Shown here piece by piece: positions 27,304 through 35,558 of a DNA stretch of 64,000 nt; positions within the stretch are counted from its first letter, which is position 1; every line of letters begins with the position of its first letter. Source of the DNA: Gaiellaceae bacterium (lineage in GTDB: Bacteria; Actinomycetota; Thermoleophilia; Gaiellales; Gaiellaceae); assembly GCA_035703805.1 (NCBI GenBank), contig DASSXM010000036.1, positions 2,580 through 66,579 of the forward strand, read 5' to 3'. Below the pieces are notes generated by a model that made no database searches, was not told the origin of the DNA, and saw only the letters and a list, made by a program, of their open reading frames with translations. Both the position numbers and the translations under genes were made by a program.

Positions 27304-28204
27304 CGCCGAGCCGGAGCACGTCCGGCCGGTGGTAGTGGCCGACCGGATCGAAGCGCTGGCGTTCCGCGAGCAGGCGTGACGGGTCGAGCTCGGCGTAGAG
27401 CACGCCCTCCTCGTCGTACAGCGGCCCCGCGAGATACGAGCCGTCCGGCGCGAGGATCGCGCTGCCGCCGCGGCCGAGCGTGCCGACGCCTTCGAGGTCG
27501 GACGCAAGCGGGAAGTCGTCCGGATACGACGACGCGCGCTGGAAGTGCGCCGGCGACACGATGTACGCGCGACTCTCCCGCGCGAGATGCACGAGCGTCG
27601 CCTGCCACGCGTCGCCGTCGTCGGCCGTCGACGTGACGTAGATCTCGACGCCGGCCTCGTACAGTGCGAAGCGCGCGAGCGGCATGTAGTTCTCCCAGCA
27701 GATCAGTCCGCCGATGCGACCGAAGCCGGTCTCGACGGCGCCGAGCCCGCGGCCGTCGCCCTGTCCCCACACGAGCCGCTCGTGATTCGTAGGCACGAGC
27801 TTGCGGTGGTGGAGCGCGAGCGTTCCGTCAGGCGCGTGATACAGGAGCGCGTTGTAGATCGTGCCCGGCCGTTCGGGCTCGATCTCGTTGACGCCCGTGA
27901 CGATCCAGATGCCGAGCTCCTTCGCGGCCGCGCCGAGCCGCTGCTCCGCGGGCGAACCGACTGCAATCGCGTTCTGCGCCATGCGCGCGAACGTCTCCTT
28001 CGCGCCCTCGTTCTGCCAGCCGGCGAACGCCTTTGCCCACCGTGACGACGGGTAGACCGAGATGAACGTCTCGGGGAAGACGACGAGCTCAGCGCCCTTG
28101 CCCGCGGCTTCGGCGGCGATGTTCTCGAGCTTGTCCAGCGTCCGCTCGCGGTCGAGGATGACCGGCTCGACCTGGGCGCAGGCAACGGTGACGGCGCGAT
28201 CCAT
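27245..28204 (-). CDS. nitrilase / carbon-nitrogen hydrolase family protein
   Basis: Starts at the internal ATG 28204: MDRAVTVACAQVEP...VVFPETF...HRKLVPT...GGLICWENYMPLAR, which is the Glu-Lys-Cys triad context. Confidence 0.88.
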   Translation of the reverse strand: MDRAVTVACAQVEPVILDRERTLDKLENIAAEAAGKGAELVVFPETFISVYPSSRWAKAFAGWQNEGAKETFARMAQNAIAVGSPAEQRLGAAAKELGIWIVTGVNEIEPERPGTIYNALLYHAPDGTLALHHRKLVPTNHERLVWGQGDGRGLGAVETGFGRIGGLICWENYMPLARFALYEAGVEIYVTSTADDGDAWQATLVHLARESRAYIVSPAHFQRASSYPDDFPLASDLEGVGTLGRGGSAILAPDGSYLAGPLYDEEGVLYAELDPSRLLAERQRFDPVGHYHRPDVLRLGVSPSARAADATPSTHPSGQ

Positions 28205-28214
28205 GCGCGGGAGG

Positions 28215-29171
28215 CTACAAGCGGGCGACGAGCTCGCGGACGATTTCGGCCGCGGGCTGCACGCGCCGTGCAAGCGCGACACTCTGGCCCGCCCAGAGCG
28301 AGAGCGCTTCGACGTCGCCGGTCGTCCCGGCGAGAGGCGTGCTCGACGAATACCGGACGATCGAGCCGCCGTAAGGCCCCGTGGCGATCGCCTCGCCTTC
28401 ACCGGGCCGCGAGCCCGGCCGCGCGCTGCCGGCCGACTTCCACGCCTCCGCGGTGGCGTTCTCGAGTGCGCGGTGCGGCGCGTCCGGCCAACCGATGTCG
28501 TAGAGGTCCGCATACCACTCGGCATCGGTCTCGTCCGCCGCGAGCAGGCGCTGTCGGTATGTGTCGTGCACGGGCGCTTCCTCGGCGAGTAGGAACCGTG
28601 TGCCGAGCCACGCCGCCTGAGCGCCGAGCGCGATGACCGCTGCGACACCGCGTGCGTCGCCGATCCCGCCCGCGGCGATCACCGGCACCGGCGCGACCGC
28701 GTCGACGACGGCGGGAACCAGCGGCAGCGTCGCGACGCGGCCCCAGACGTGCCCGCCCGCTTCCCAGCCCTGCGCGACGACGACGTCGACGCCGGCCGCA
28801 ACCGCGTGTAACGCTTCCTCCGCGTTTCCGACCGTGTGCAGGACGGTGCCGCCGGCGTCGTGTACGCGCTCGATGTACGGCGCCGGATCGCCCCACACGA
28901 GCGAGACGATTCGCAGGCCCGCCGCGAGCGCGGAATCGAGCCGCGCGTGCTGATCCCATTCGATGATGAAGTTGCCGCCGAACGGACGCGATGTAAGCGC
29001 GGCGGTCTCGCGCACGAGCGCGCCCGCGTCGCCGGCCCAGGTGAGAGCGAGCATGCCGAGCGCACCGGCTTCCGAGACGGCGGCGGCGAGAGCCGGAACG
29101 GCCGCGCCGCCAATCGGCGCCTGGACGATGGGATGCTCGATGCCGAGCAGGTCGCAGAGCGGCGTAGCCAT
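28215..29171 (-). CDS. nitronate monooxygenase (NMO, 2-nitropropane dioxygenase-like) family protein
   Basis: 318 aa: LLGIEHPIVQAPIGGAAVPALAAAVSEAGALGML...VIAAGGIGDARG. Confidence 0.85.
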   Translation of the reverse strand: MATPLCDLLGIEHPIVQAPIGGAAVPALAAAVSEAGALGMLALTWAGDAGALVRETAALTSRPFGGNFIIEWDQHARLDSALAAGLRIVSLVWGDPAPYIERVHDAGGTVLHTVGNAEEALHAVAAGVDVVVAQGWEAGGHVWGRVATLPLVPAVVDAVAPVPVIAAGGIGDARGVAAVIALGAQAAWLGTRFLLAEEAPVHDTYRQRLLAADETDAEWYADLYDIGWPDAPHRALENATAEAWKSAGSARPGSRPGEGEAIATGPYGGSIVRYSSSTPLAGTTGDVEALSLWAGQSVALARRVQPAAEIVRELVARL

Positions 29172-29180
29172 TGCTCGACG

Positions 29181-30644
29181 CTACACCACCTTCCCGAAGC
29201 CTCCGCCGCCGGGCGTCTCGATCCGAACGAGATCCCCCGCCCGCAACTGCTTCGTGACCTTCGCCGGCTGCTCCTCGCCGTTGACCAGCGTGTGCCCGCG
29301 GGAGCCCTCTGCGCCGCCGCACGCGCCGTGCGGACCGTTCGCGCGGCGCTCGGCGAGAACGGAGAGCCGGCAGTCCTCGAGTACGCGCAGCTCGCGCACC
29401 ACGCCGTCGCCGCCACGACGCGCACCGCCACCGCCTGAGCCCGTGCGCAGTTGCCAGCGCTCGACGCGCAGCGGATACGAGAGCTCGAGTGCCTCGACCG
29501 GCGTGATGAGCGTGTTCGACATCGCGACGTGCACGGCCGACGGGCCGTCCGCATCCGCGCAAGCGCCTTGCCCGCCGCCGATCGTCTCGTAGTACGTGAA
29601 CCCGTCGTTGCCGAGCGCGACGTTGTTCATGGTTCCCTGTCCGCATGCGTAGTCGCCGAACGCGGAGAAGACGACGTCGACGATACGCGACGACGTCTCC
29701 GTGTTCCCCGCGACCACGGCCGCAGGCGGGCCGGCGTTGACGAGGCAGCCTTCCGGCGCGGTGACGGTGACCGGCGCGAACGCGCCGCCGGATGCTGGGA
29801 GATCGGGCTCGGTCAGGCAGCGCACGACGAAGTAACACGCGGAGCGCGTCACCGACAGCGGGCAGTTGAGGTTGTACGCGTCCTGCGGTGAAGTGCCGTC
29901 GAAGTCGATGCGGATCTCGTCGCCCGCAATCTCGACGGTCGCGCGGATCGTCAGCTCGCCTTCGACGCCTTCGACGACGTCCTCGGCGGACCGCCGCCCG
30001 TCGGGCAGTACTGCGATCGCCGCGCGCACCATGCGCTCCGAGTACGCGTACAGCTCGTCCATCGCCGCCTCGACGCGGTCGCGTCCGCGCCGTGCGCACA
30101 GATCGTCAATGCGCCGCTCGGCGAGACGGTGGGCGGCCATCTGCGCACGCAGGTCGCCGCGGCGCTCGTCCGGGTTGCGCGCGTTCGAGACGAAGACTTT
30201 CAACACTTCGCTCGTGAGCAGCGTCGGCGGGATGATCAGTCCCTCCTGGTACAGCTCGCGCGAGAACGCGGGCAGGCTCGCCGGCTCCATCCCGCCGACG
30301 TCGGCGTGGTGCGCACGCGAGACGGCGTAGCCGAGCGCGGTGCGCGATACGAGCGTCACGTCCGGCAGGTGCGTGCCGCCGGTGAAGGGGTCGTTGAGGA
30401 TGCACACGTCGCCCGGCTCGAGGCCGAGTGACATCGCGGCGGCGACCGCGTCCGGCATCGCGCCGAGATGGACGGGGATGTGCTCCGCCTGCGCGACCAT
30501 CCGTCCGGCCTCGTCGAAGATCGCCGTCGAGCAGTCGCGCCGCTCCTTGATGTTCGCCGAGAAGGCAGAGCGGATGAGCACGGCGCCCATCTCCTCCGCG
30601 ACGGCGCGCAGCGCGCTGCCGATCACCTGCAGCTCGACGTTCAT
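29181..30644 (-). CDS. hyuB: hydantoinase B / oxoprolinase family protein
   Basis: MNVELQVIGSALRAVAEEMGAVLIRSAFSANIKERRDCSTAIFD... ATG 30644 overlaps the orfX stop (ATGA). Confidence 0.88.
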   Translation of the reverse strand: MNVELQVIGSALRAVAEEMGAVLIRSAFSANIKERRDCSTAIFDEAGRMVAQAEHIPVHLGAMPDAVAAAMSLGLEPGDVCILNDPFTGGTHLPDVTLVSRTALGYAVSRAHHADVGGMEPASLPAFSRELYQEGLIIPPTLLTSEVLKVFVSNARNPDERRGDLRAQMAAHRLAERRIDDLCARRGRDRVEAAMDELYAYSERMVRAAIAVLPDGRRSAEDVVEGVEGELTIRATVEIAGDEIRIDFDGTSPQDAYNLNCPLSVTRSACYFVVRCLTEPDLPASGGAFAPVTVTAPEGCLVNAGPPAAVVAGNTETSSRIVDVVFSAFGDYACGQGTMNNVALGNDGFTYYETIGGGQGACADADGPSAVHVAMSNTLITPVEALELSYPLRVERWQLRTGSGGGGARRGGDGVVRELRVLEDCRLSVLAERRANGPHGACGGAEGSRGHTLVNGEEQPAKVTKQLRAGDLVRIETPGGGGFGKVV

Positions 30645-31069
30645 GCGGACCTGCACTCGATGCGTGCCTGTCCGAATGCGCGGAACCGCCCGCTCGCGAA
30701 CGGCTCGACGAGCAGGTCGGCGAGCGCAGCGGCGAGTTTGCGCGCGTCGCCGGCGATCGAGATGTAGCCAAGCTCCGCGGCATCACCTTCAAGCCGCCAC
30801 TCGATGCCGACCGCGCGCTCGTGGAGCAGCTCGAGGGTCGACTCCCAGCGGACCGGGACGACGCCGCCTGCCTGCGCAACCATCTCCTCGGCGGTGAACT
30901 CGAAGCGCGCCGACGCCTTCTCCCAGTACTCCGCGTCGGCGGGGAACCGGCGGACGAAGAGCGCCCCGACGCGCGTGAAGCCGAGCTCCTCGACGACCGG
31001 CGTGAACTTGGCGTCGACGTCCGCGAGGCCGAGCTGAAGGTCGTTCCCCTCCATCGAGAACGCCCTCAT
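30641..31069 (-). CDS. hypothetical protein wedged between hyuA and hyuB
   Basis: 142 aa with genome-like codon bias. It has ATGA overlaps at both ends (31066-31069 and 30641-30644). I recognised no motif. Confidence 0.55.
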   Translation of the reverse strand: MRAFSMEGNDLQLGLADVDAKFTPVVEELGFTRVGALFVRRFPADAEYWEKASARFEFTAEEMVAQAGGVVPVRWESTLELLHERAVGIEWRLEGDAAELGYISIAGDARKLAAALADLLVEPFASGRFRAFGQARIECRSA

Positions 31070-32811
31070 CGCCGCAGCACCAGTGTTCCGTCATCGTTCG
31101 TCTCGCCACTCCAGCCGTCGGGAATCCAGACCGTGGCACCGTCCAACTCGACACGTCCTGGGGTCAGACCCCTGGCCGTGCCTGAAAGGGACACCGCAGG
31201 CCCCGGAGTGACCTCAGCGGTCCGGACTGCGACGAGCTCGATCGTGCGCGACGCTTCGGCGTAGCCGTAACGCTCTTCGTGTGCGACATGGAACGCCGTC
31301 GCGAGGTCCGGCTGCAGCGGCACGGTCAGCTCGAACGACTGTCCCCGATAGCGCAGGTCGGCCTCGCCCTCTTCGGGCAGCTTGCGCAGGTCGTCGAGCG
31401 GGCGCACGTGCGAGACGACGCGGTCGCGCCGCTCGTCGCTCGCGACGAGCCCGAGCGCGGAAAGCACGCCGGCCGCCTCGGGGACGAGCACGGCCTCGAT
31501 CCCGAGCTCCTCGGCGAGCGCACACGCATGCAGCGGGCCGGCGCCGCCGAAGGCGACGAGCGCGAAGTCGCGCGGATCGTGACCGCGCTCGACGGACACG
31601 ACCCGTAGCGCGCGCAGCATCTCTGCGTTGACGACCTCGACGACTGCCGCCGGATCTACTCCTGCGAGCGCACGCTCGGCCGCGTCGTGATCGAGCACGA
31701 GCCCGCCGGGCAGCTCGGCCGGCAGCCGCCCGAGCAAGAGGTTGGCGTCCGTCACCGTTGCCCCGCCGCCCGCGCCGTAACACGCAGGCCCCGGATGCGC
31801 GCCTGCACTCTCCGGCCCGACGCGGATCGCACCGCCCGCGTCGACGCGCACGAGCGAGCCGCCGCCCGCGCCAACGGTGTGCAGGTCGACGCTGGGCAGC
31901 CGGATCGGAAAGCCGCCGACGTCGCGCTCGTGCACGCGCGCGGCTCGACCGCCGGGAAGGAGGCACACGTCGGTCGACGTGCCGCCCATGTCGAACGCGA
32001 GCGCATGCTCGAAGCCCGCGCGCTGCGCGACGAGGCCCGCGCCGACGACGCCGCCTGCGGGACCGGAGACGAGGATGCGGGCCGGATGCGCAGCCGCCTC
32101 CTCGACGGAGACGACGCCGCCCGACGAGAGCATGACGAGCGGCTCCGGCAGGTCAGCATCCCGCGCGGCTTCGGCGAGCGCACGCAGATAGCGCGCAGCG
32201 ACCGGCACGAGATATGCATCGGCCGCTGTCGTTGCCGCGCGCTCGTACTCGCGAAACTCGGGCGCGACCTCGTGCGAGGCGACGACGTGCACGTGCGGAT
32301 GCCGCCGGCGCAGCTCCTCTGCGACGGCGGTCTCGTGCCCACCGTCACGGAACGAGAAGAGGAGGCAGACGGCGACCGTCTCGACGTCGCGCAGGTCGGG
32401 CAGCGTCGCGAAGTCGAGCGCCTCGAGCTCGCCGTCAGGCCCGAGCCGTCCGCGCACGCCGTGGCAGCGCTCGAGCGGGACGAGCGGCTCCGGATGTTCC
32501 GCGCACAAGCGATACAGATGCGCGCGCGTCTGGCGGCGCAGGTGCAGCAGATGCTCGAAGCCCTCGTTGCCGACATACGCAGCGCGCGCGCCGCGGCGCT
32601 CGAGCAGCGCGTTCGTCGCGACCGTCGTCCCGTGCGCGAACCGAGTGACTCCCTCGGCGCCGACCGCGCGTGCGGCGGCGAGCACCGATTCCTCTTGCCG
32701 CGCGGCAGTCGGAACCTTCGCGGTGCGCACGACGCCGCCGTCGAGCAGCACGGCGTCCGTGAACGTCCCGCCCACGTCGACGCCGAGGATCGCCACGCGC
32801 GTACTCTGCAT
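31066..32811 (-). CDS. hyuA: hydantoinase A / oxoprolinase family protein
   Basis: Starts at the internal ATG 32811: MQSTRVAILGVDVGGTFTDAVLLDGG... It continues to AFDMGGTSTDV. Confidence 0.88.
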   Translation of the reverse strand: MQSTRVAILGVDVGGTFTDAVLLDGGVVRTAKVPTAARQEESVLAAARAVGAEGVTRFAHGTTVATNALLERRGARAAYVGNEGFEHLLHLRRQTRAHLYRLCAEHPEPLVPLERCHGVRGRLGPDGELEALDFATLPDLRDVETVAVCLLFSFRDGGHETAVAEELRRRHPHVHVVASHEVAPEFREYERAATTAADAYLVPVAARYLRALAEAARDADLPEPLVMLSSGGVVSVEEAAAHPARILVSGPAGGVVGAGLVAQRAGFEHALAFDMGGTSTDVCLLPGGRAARVHERDVGGFPIRLPSVDLHTVGAGGGSLVRVDAGGAIRVGPESAGAHPGPACYGAGGGATVTDANLLLGRLPAELPGGLVLDHDAAERALAGVDPAAVVEVVNAEMLRALRVVSVERGHDPRDFALVAFGGAGPLHACALAEELGIEAVLVPEAAGVLSALGLVASDERRDRVVSHVRPLDDLRKLPEEGEADLRYRGQSFELTVPLQPDLATAFHVAHEERYGYAEASRTIELVAVRTAEVTPGPAVSLSGTARGLTPGRVELDGATVWIPDGWSGETNDDGTLVLRR

Positions 32812-32815
32812 CGCC

Positions 32816-33478
32816 GTGCCGATCCGCGCCTTTCTCTTCGACTTCGACGGCTTGATCCTCGACACGGAGACGGCGTCGCGCGCCGGCTGGGAGTGGCTGT
32901 ACGAGCGGCACGGCCACCGGCTGCCGCGCGAGCAGTGGGCGACACTCGTCGGGACGATCGGTGCGCCGTTCGACCCGATGGACCACCTCGAGGAGCTCGT
33001 CGGCGAGCCGCTCGAGCGTGACGCGCTGAACGAGGAGCGCTATGCACACGAGCTCACGCTGATCGAGGCGGAGGAGCTGCGGCCCGGCATCGCCGACTAC
33101 CTCGCCGAGGCAAAGCGACGCGGCATCAGGTGCGCGATCGTCTCGAGCTCGTCGCGCCGCTGGATCGACATGCATCTCGCGCGGCTCGAGCGCACCGTCG
33201 ACTGGGACGCGATCGTCGCCGCCGACCACGACACGTCGCGCGCAAAGCCGCGGCCCGACCTCTACCTCGAGACGCTCGAGCAGCTCGACGTGGCCGCGGC
33301 GGAGGCGATCGCATTCGAGGATTCGGTGAACGGCATCCGCGCCGCGCAGGCGGCCGGAATCTTCTGCGTCGCGATCCCGAACAGCGTCACACGCGACTTC
33401 GCGCTCGACGAGGCCGACCTATTCGTGGAATCGCTTGCGAAGCTCCCTCCCGTCGATCTAGTGTCACGGTTCGAATGA
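32816..33478 (+). CDS. HAD-superfamily hydrolase (beta-phosphoglucomutase-like subfamily IA)
   Basis: Starts at GTG 32816: VPIRAFLFDFDGLILDTE...IVSSSSRRW...AFEDSVNGIRAAQAAG. Confidence 0.82.
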   Translation: MPIRAFLFDFDGLILDTETASRAGWEWLYERHGHRLPREQWATLVGTIGAPFDPMDHLEELVGEPLERDALNEERYAHELTLIEAEELRPGIADYLAEAKRRGIRCAIVSSSSRRWIDMHLARLERTVDWDAIVAADHDTSRAKPRPDLYLETLEQLDVAAAEAIAFEDSVNGIRAAQAAGIFCVAIPNSVTRDFALDEADLFVESLAKLPPVDLVSRFE

Positions 33479-33864
33479 TGAGCGGGTCCCAGGCAACCCA
33501 CATCGACGAGATCGCAGCGGAGAAGTGGCCGTACTGGGCGCCGATCCGGCATCACTTCGACATCAAGACGTTTGGGATCAACGCCTGGCGAGGCACCGAC
33601 GGCGACGAGGTGATCAAGCGTCACCACGAACAGGAGAGCGGTGCGCCGGAGCTCTACTTCGTCGTCAGCGGCTGCGCGACGTTCACGATCGGCGACGCGG
33701 ACGTCGACGCGCCGGCGGGCACGCTTGTCTACTGCAGCGACCCGAACGTCGAGCGGCTGGCGGTTGCGACAGAGGAAGGCACTGCGATCCTCTCGATCGG
33801 CGCCGCCGCCGAGGGGCAGGCGTTCGAGCCGGTCGGCTGGGACACGTCGTACCTCGAGGGCTGA
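33475..33864 (+). CDS. cupin domain protein
   Basis: Starts at ATG 33475 (ATGA overlap): MMSGSQATHIDEI...ELYFVVSGCATFTIGDADVDAPAGTLVY. Confidence 0.65.
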   Translation: MMSGSQATHIDEIAAEKWPYWAPIRHHFDIKTFGINAWRGTDGDEVIKRHHEQESGAPELYFVVSGCATFTIGDADVDAPAGTLVYCSDPNVERLAVATEEGTAILSIGAAAEGQAFEPVGWDTSYLEG

Positions 33865-33884
33865 TCCTCCCTATCGTGTGCCGC

Positions 33885-33976
33885 GGAGCGGCCGAGGCCG
33901 GTGCCTCAACCGGTCTTCAAAACCGGTACGGCGGTGCAACCCACCGCTAGGTCAGTTCGACTCTGGCGCCGCTCCG
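33885..33976 (+). tRNA. selC: tRNA-Sec (anticodon UCA)
   Basis: Folded by hand. It has an 8-bp acceptor stem GGAGCGGC/GCCGCUCC, a 6-bp anticodon stem ACCGGU/ACCGGU with loop CUUCAAA, a long variable arm GCGGUG/CACCGC, and T-loop UUCGACU. This is the 8+5 architecture typical of bacterial tRNA-Sec. Confidence 0.93.
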
Positions 33977-34019
33977 TCGAGCCGTTTCCGCCCGCACCCA
34001 TTGCCTCGGTTGAGGGGCT

Positions 34020-34760
34020 GTGCTGGACCTGTGGATCGGGAACCCCTACACTCGGTTCGTGAATACACCGGTCAGCAGCCTTCTTGACCGCCGGGTCTAC
34101 GGCATGCTTCAAGTCGATCAGCTGCTCTCTCTGAAGCATGGAACTGCCAGCCGTTGGATCGACGGCTACACGCGCGCCGGTAAGCGGTATCCGCCCGTCG
34201 TCCGCGTGGAGCCGACTGGCGATGAAATCGTCACGTGGGGGGAGTTCGTCGAGACTCGGTTGCTTGCCGAATACCGGAACGCCGGGGTGTCGCTCCTGCG
34301 TATGCGACCGGCGGTCGACCAGCTCCGTGAGACCTTTCACCCGATCTATCCGCTCGCTCACGCGCGCCCGTACCTGGACATCGCAGGTCGCGAACTCGTG
34401 CTCAAAGTGCAGGAGCTGGTCGGACTCGACCGCGAACTTCAGCTCGTCGTTGTCCGAAACAATCAGGTGGTACTCGCGGAATCGGCAGATAAATTCGCGC
34501 GCGCCGCGATATTCGGGCAGAAGGACGGGGTCGTTGAGATGCTTCGCCCGGTAACTGAGATCGAGGAAGTCGTGATGGATCCCCTGCGCCAATTTGGTGA
34601 GCCCATCATCGCTGATCGCGGTGTGCGCACCGAGATCATCAGCGAGCAGTTGCGCGCCGGCGAGTCCATCGACTCAATCGCCTCTCTTTACGAGCTCTCG
34701 AGGCCGCTGATCGAAGCAGCCTTGCGGTACGAGCTCGTTCGCAGCGGCATCGCCGCCTGA
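34020..34760 (+). CDS. DUF433-containing antitoxin-like protein (VapB45-like: N-terminal HTH region + C-terminal DUF433)
   Basis: 246 aa. The C-terminus DPLRQFGEPIIADRGVRTEIISEQLRAGESIDSIASLYELSRPLIEAAL looks like DUF433. G+C is visibly lower than in the flanks. The alternative start is ATG 34104. Family names are from memory. Confidence 0.65.
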   Translation: MLDLWIGNPYTRFVNTPVSSLLDRRVYGMLQVDQLLSLKHGTASRWIDGYTRAGKRYPPVVRVEPTGDEIVTWGEFVETRLLAEYRNAGVSLLRMRPAVDQLRETFHPIYPLAHARPYLDIAGRELVLKVQELVGLDRELQLVVVRNNQVVLAESADKFARAAIFGQKDGVVEMLRPVTEIEEVVMDPLRQFGEPIIADRGVRTEIISEQLRAGESIDSIASLYELSRPLIEAALRYELVRSGIAA

Positions 34761-34767
34761 CACACCC

Positions 34768-35181
34768 GTGCCGCCCGAACCGGGGGAGTTGCGTTTCTTC
34801 GCGGATGAAAGCGTGCTCGGGCTTGGCAAGGTGCTGACGATCGCGAGGCGAGACTTCATCCACGCAGGTCATCCGCTGATCCCCGAGGTGCCAACGGGCG
34901 CGCTTGATCCTGTCTGGATGCCCGAGGTGGCTGCACGTGACCTCGTTGTGATCGCACGTGACCGTCATATTCGAACCAAACCCGCAGAACTCGAACTCCT
35001 ACGAATGCACGCCTTGCGCGTGTTCTGGATCGCTGGAAAGCGCGACCTCACGACTTGGGACTATCTCGTGCGAGTAGTCAAACGATGGGACGAGATCGAA
35101 CGAATCGTCGCGACACGTGGCGCGGGGCCCTGGTTTGTCGCCATTAACGAGACGGGCCTCCGCGACATCCCGATCCCATAA
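34768..35181 (+). CDS. PIN-like toxin-type protein (DUF5615 / VapC45-like)
   Basis: 137 aa. The N-terminus LRFFADESVLGLGKVL is typical of PIN-like partners of DUF433 proteins. It lies 7 nt after the upstream gene. Confidence 0.6.
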   Translation: MPPEPGELRFFADESVLGLGKVLTIARRDFIHAGHPLIPEVPTGALDPVWMPEVAARDLVVIARDRHIRTKPAELELLRMHALRVFWIAGKRDLTTWDYLVRVVKRWDEIERIVATRGAGPWFVAINETGLRDIPIP

Positions 35182-35203
35182 GAAGCAGCTCCGGGCTCGC
35201 GTA

Positions 35204-35443
35204 CTACTCGCCGCGCAGCTCGTCGATCGCCGCTCGGCCCTGCTCATGCACTTCGCGGCGGCGCGCTTCCGGGTCGAGCGGCTCTGACGCCGGCTCTGGT
35301 TCAGGCTCTTCCACTCGCGTCTCGGCGAGCTTCGCGCGCAGCTCCTCCGCCGGATCGGCGGCCGGCTCGGGACGCTTGCGGAGCGCGCGATATGCGGCCC
35401 CTGCTCCCACCGCTCCCGCGAGCCAACCAAAGACCCGTTTCAC
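35204..35443 (-). CDS. small membrane-anchored hypothetical protein
   Basis: 79 aa from GTG 35443: VKRVFGWLAGAVGAGAAYRAL, then an acidic/Pro-rich tail. A TAGCAT box ends 7 nt upstream of the GTG, which suggests a leaderless mRNA. The long track ORF 35204-35944 is otherwise antisense to rpsF. Confidence 0.45.
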   Translation of the reverse strand: MKRVFGWLAGAVGAGAAYRALRKRPEPAADPAEELRAKLAETRVEEPEPEPASEPLDPEARRREVHEQGRAAIDELRGE

Positions 35444-35558
35444 GGCGCCGATGCTACAGTGGCCCCCGCTTCCTGCCCCGTCAACGCGCCGTTCCGTCCC
35501 GAGCGGCGCAGGCAGTCGGGGCCGACTCAGACCGTGGGAAGGTGGTGAACTCGGGACT

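Noticed and set aside
28399-30099. Very long alternative-frame or antisense ORFs throughout the track. Examples are 28399-30099 (566 aa), 20070-21770, 49884-51773, 10651-11832, 12237-13217, 37813-39288, 58396-59802 and 59019-61205 upstream of 59994.
   Set aside because: Their translations are Arg/Ala/Pro/Gly-rich low-complexity sequence, typical of stop-poor off-frames in high-G+C DNA. They overlap ORFs with clear family motifs and proper third-position bias.
35185-35193. Possible att-type direct repeat of the tRNA-Sec 3' end at the far side of the TA islet (GCAGCTCCG versus GCCGCTCCG at 33968-33976).
   Set aside because: It is only an 8/9 match over 9 nt in G+C-rich DNA, which is too short to distinguish from chance. 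No integrase is nearby.
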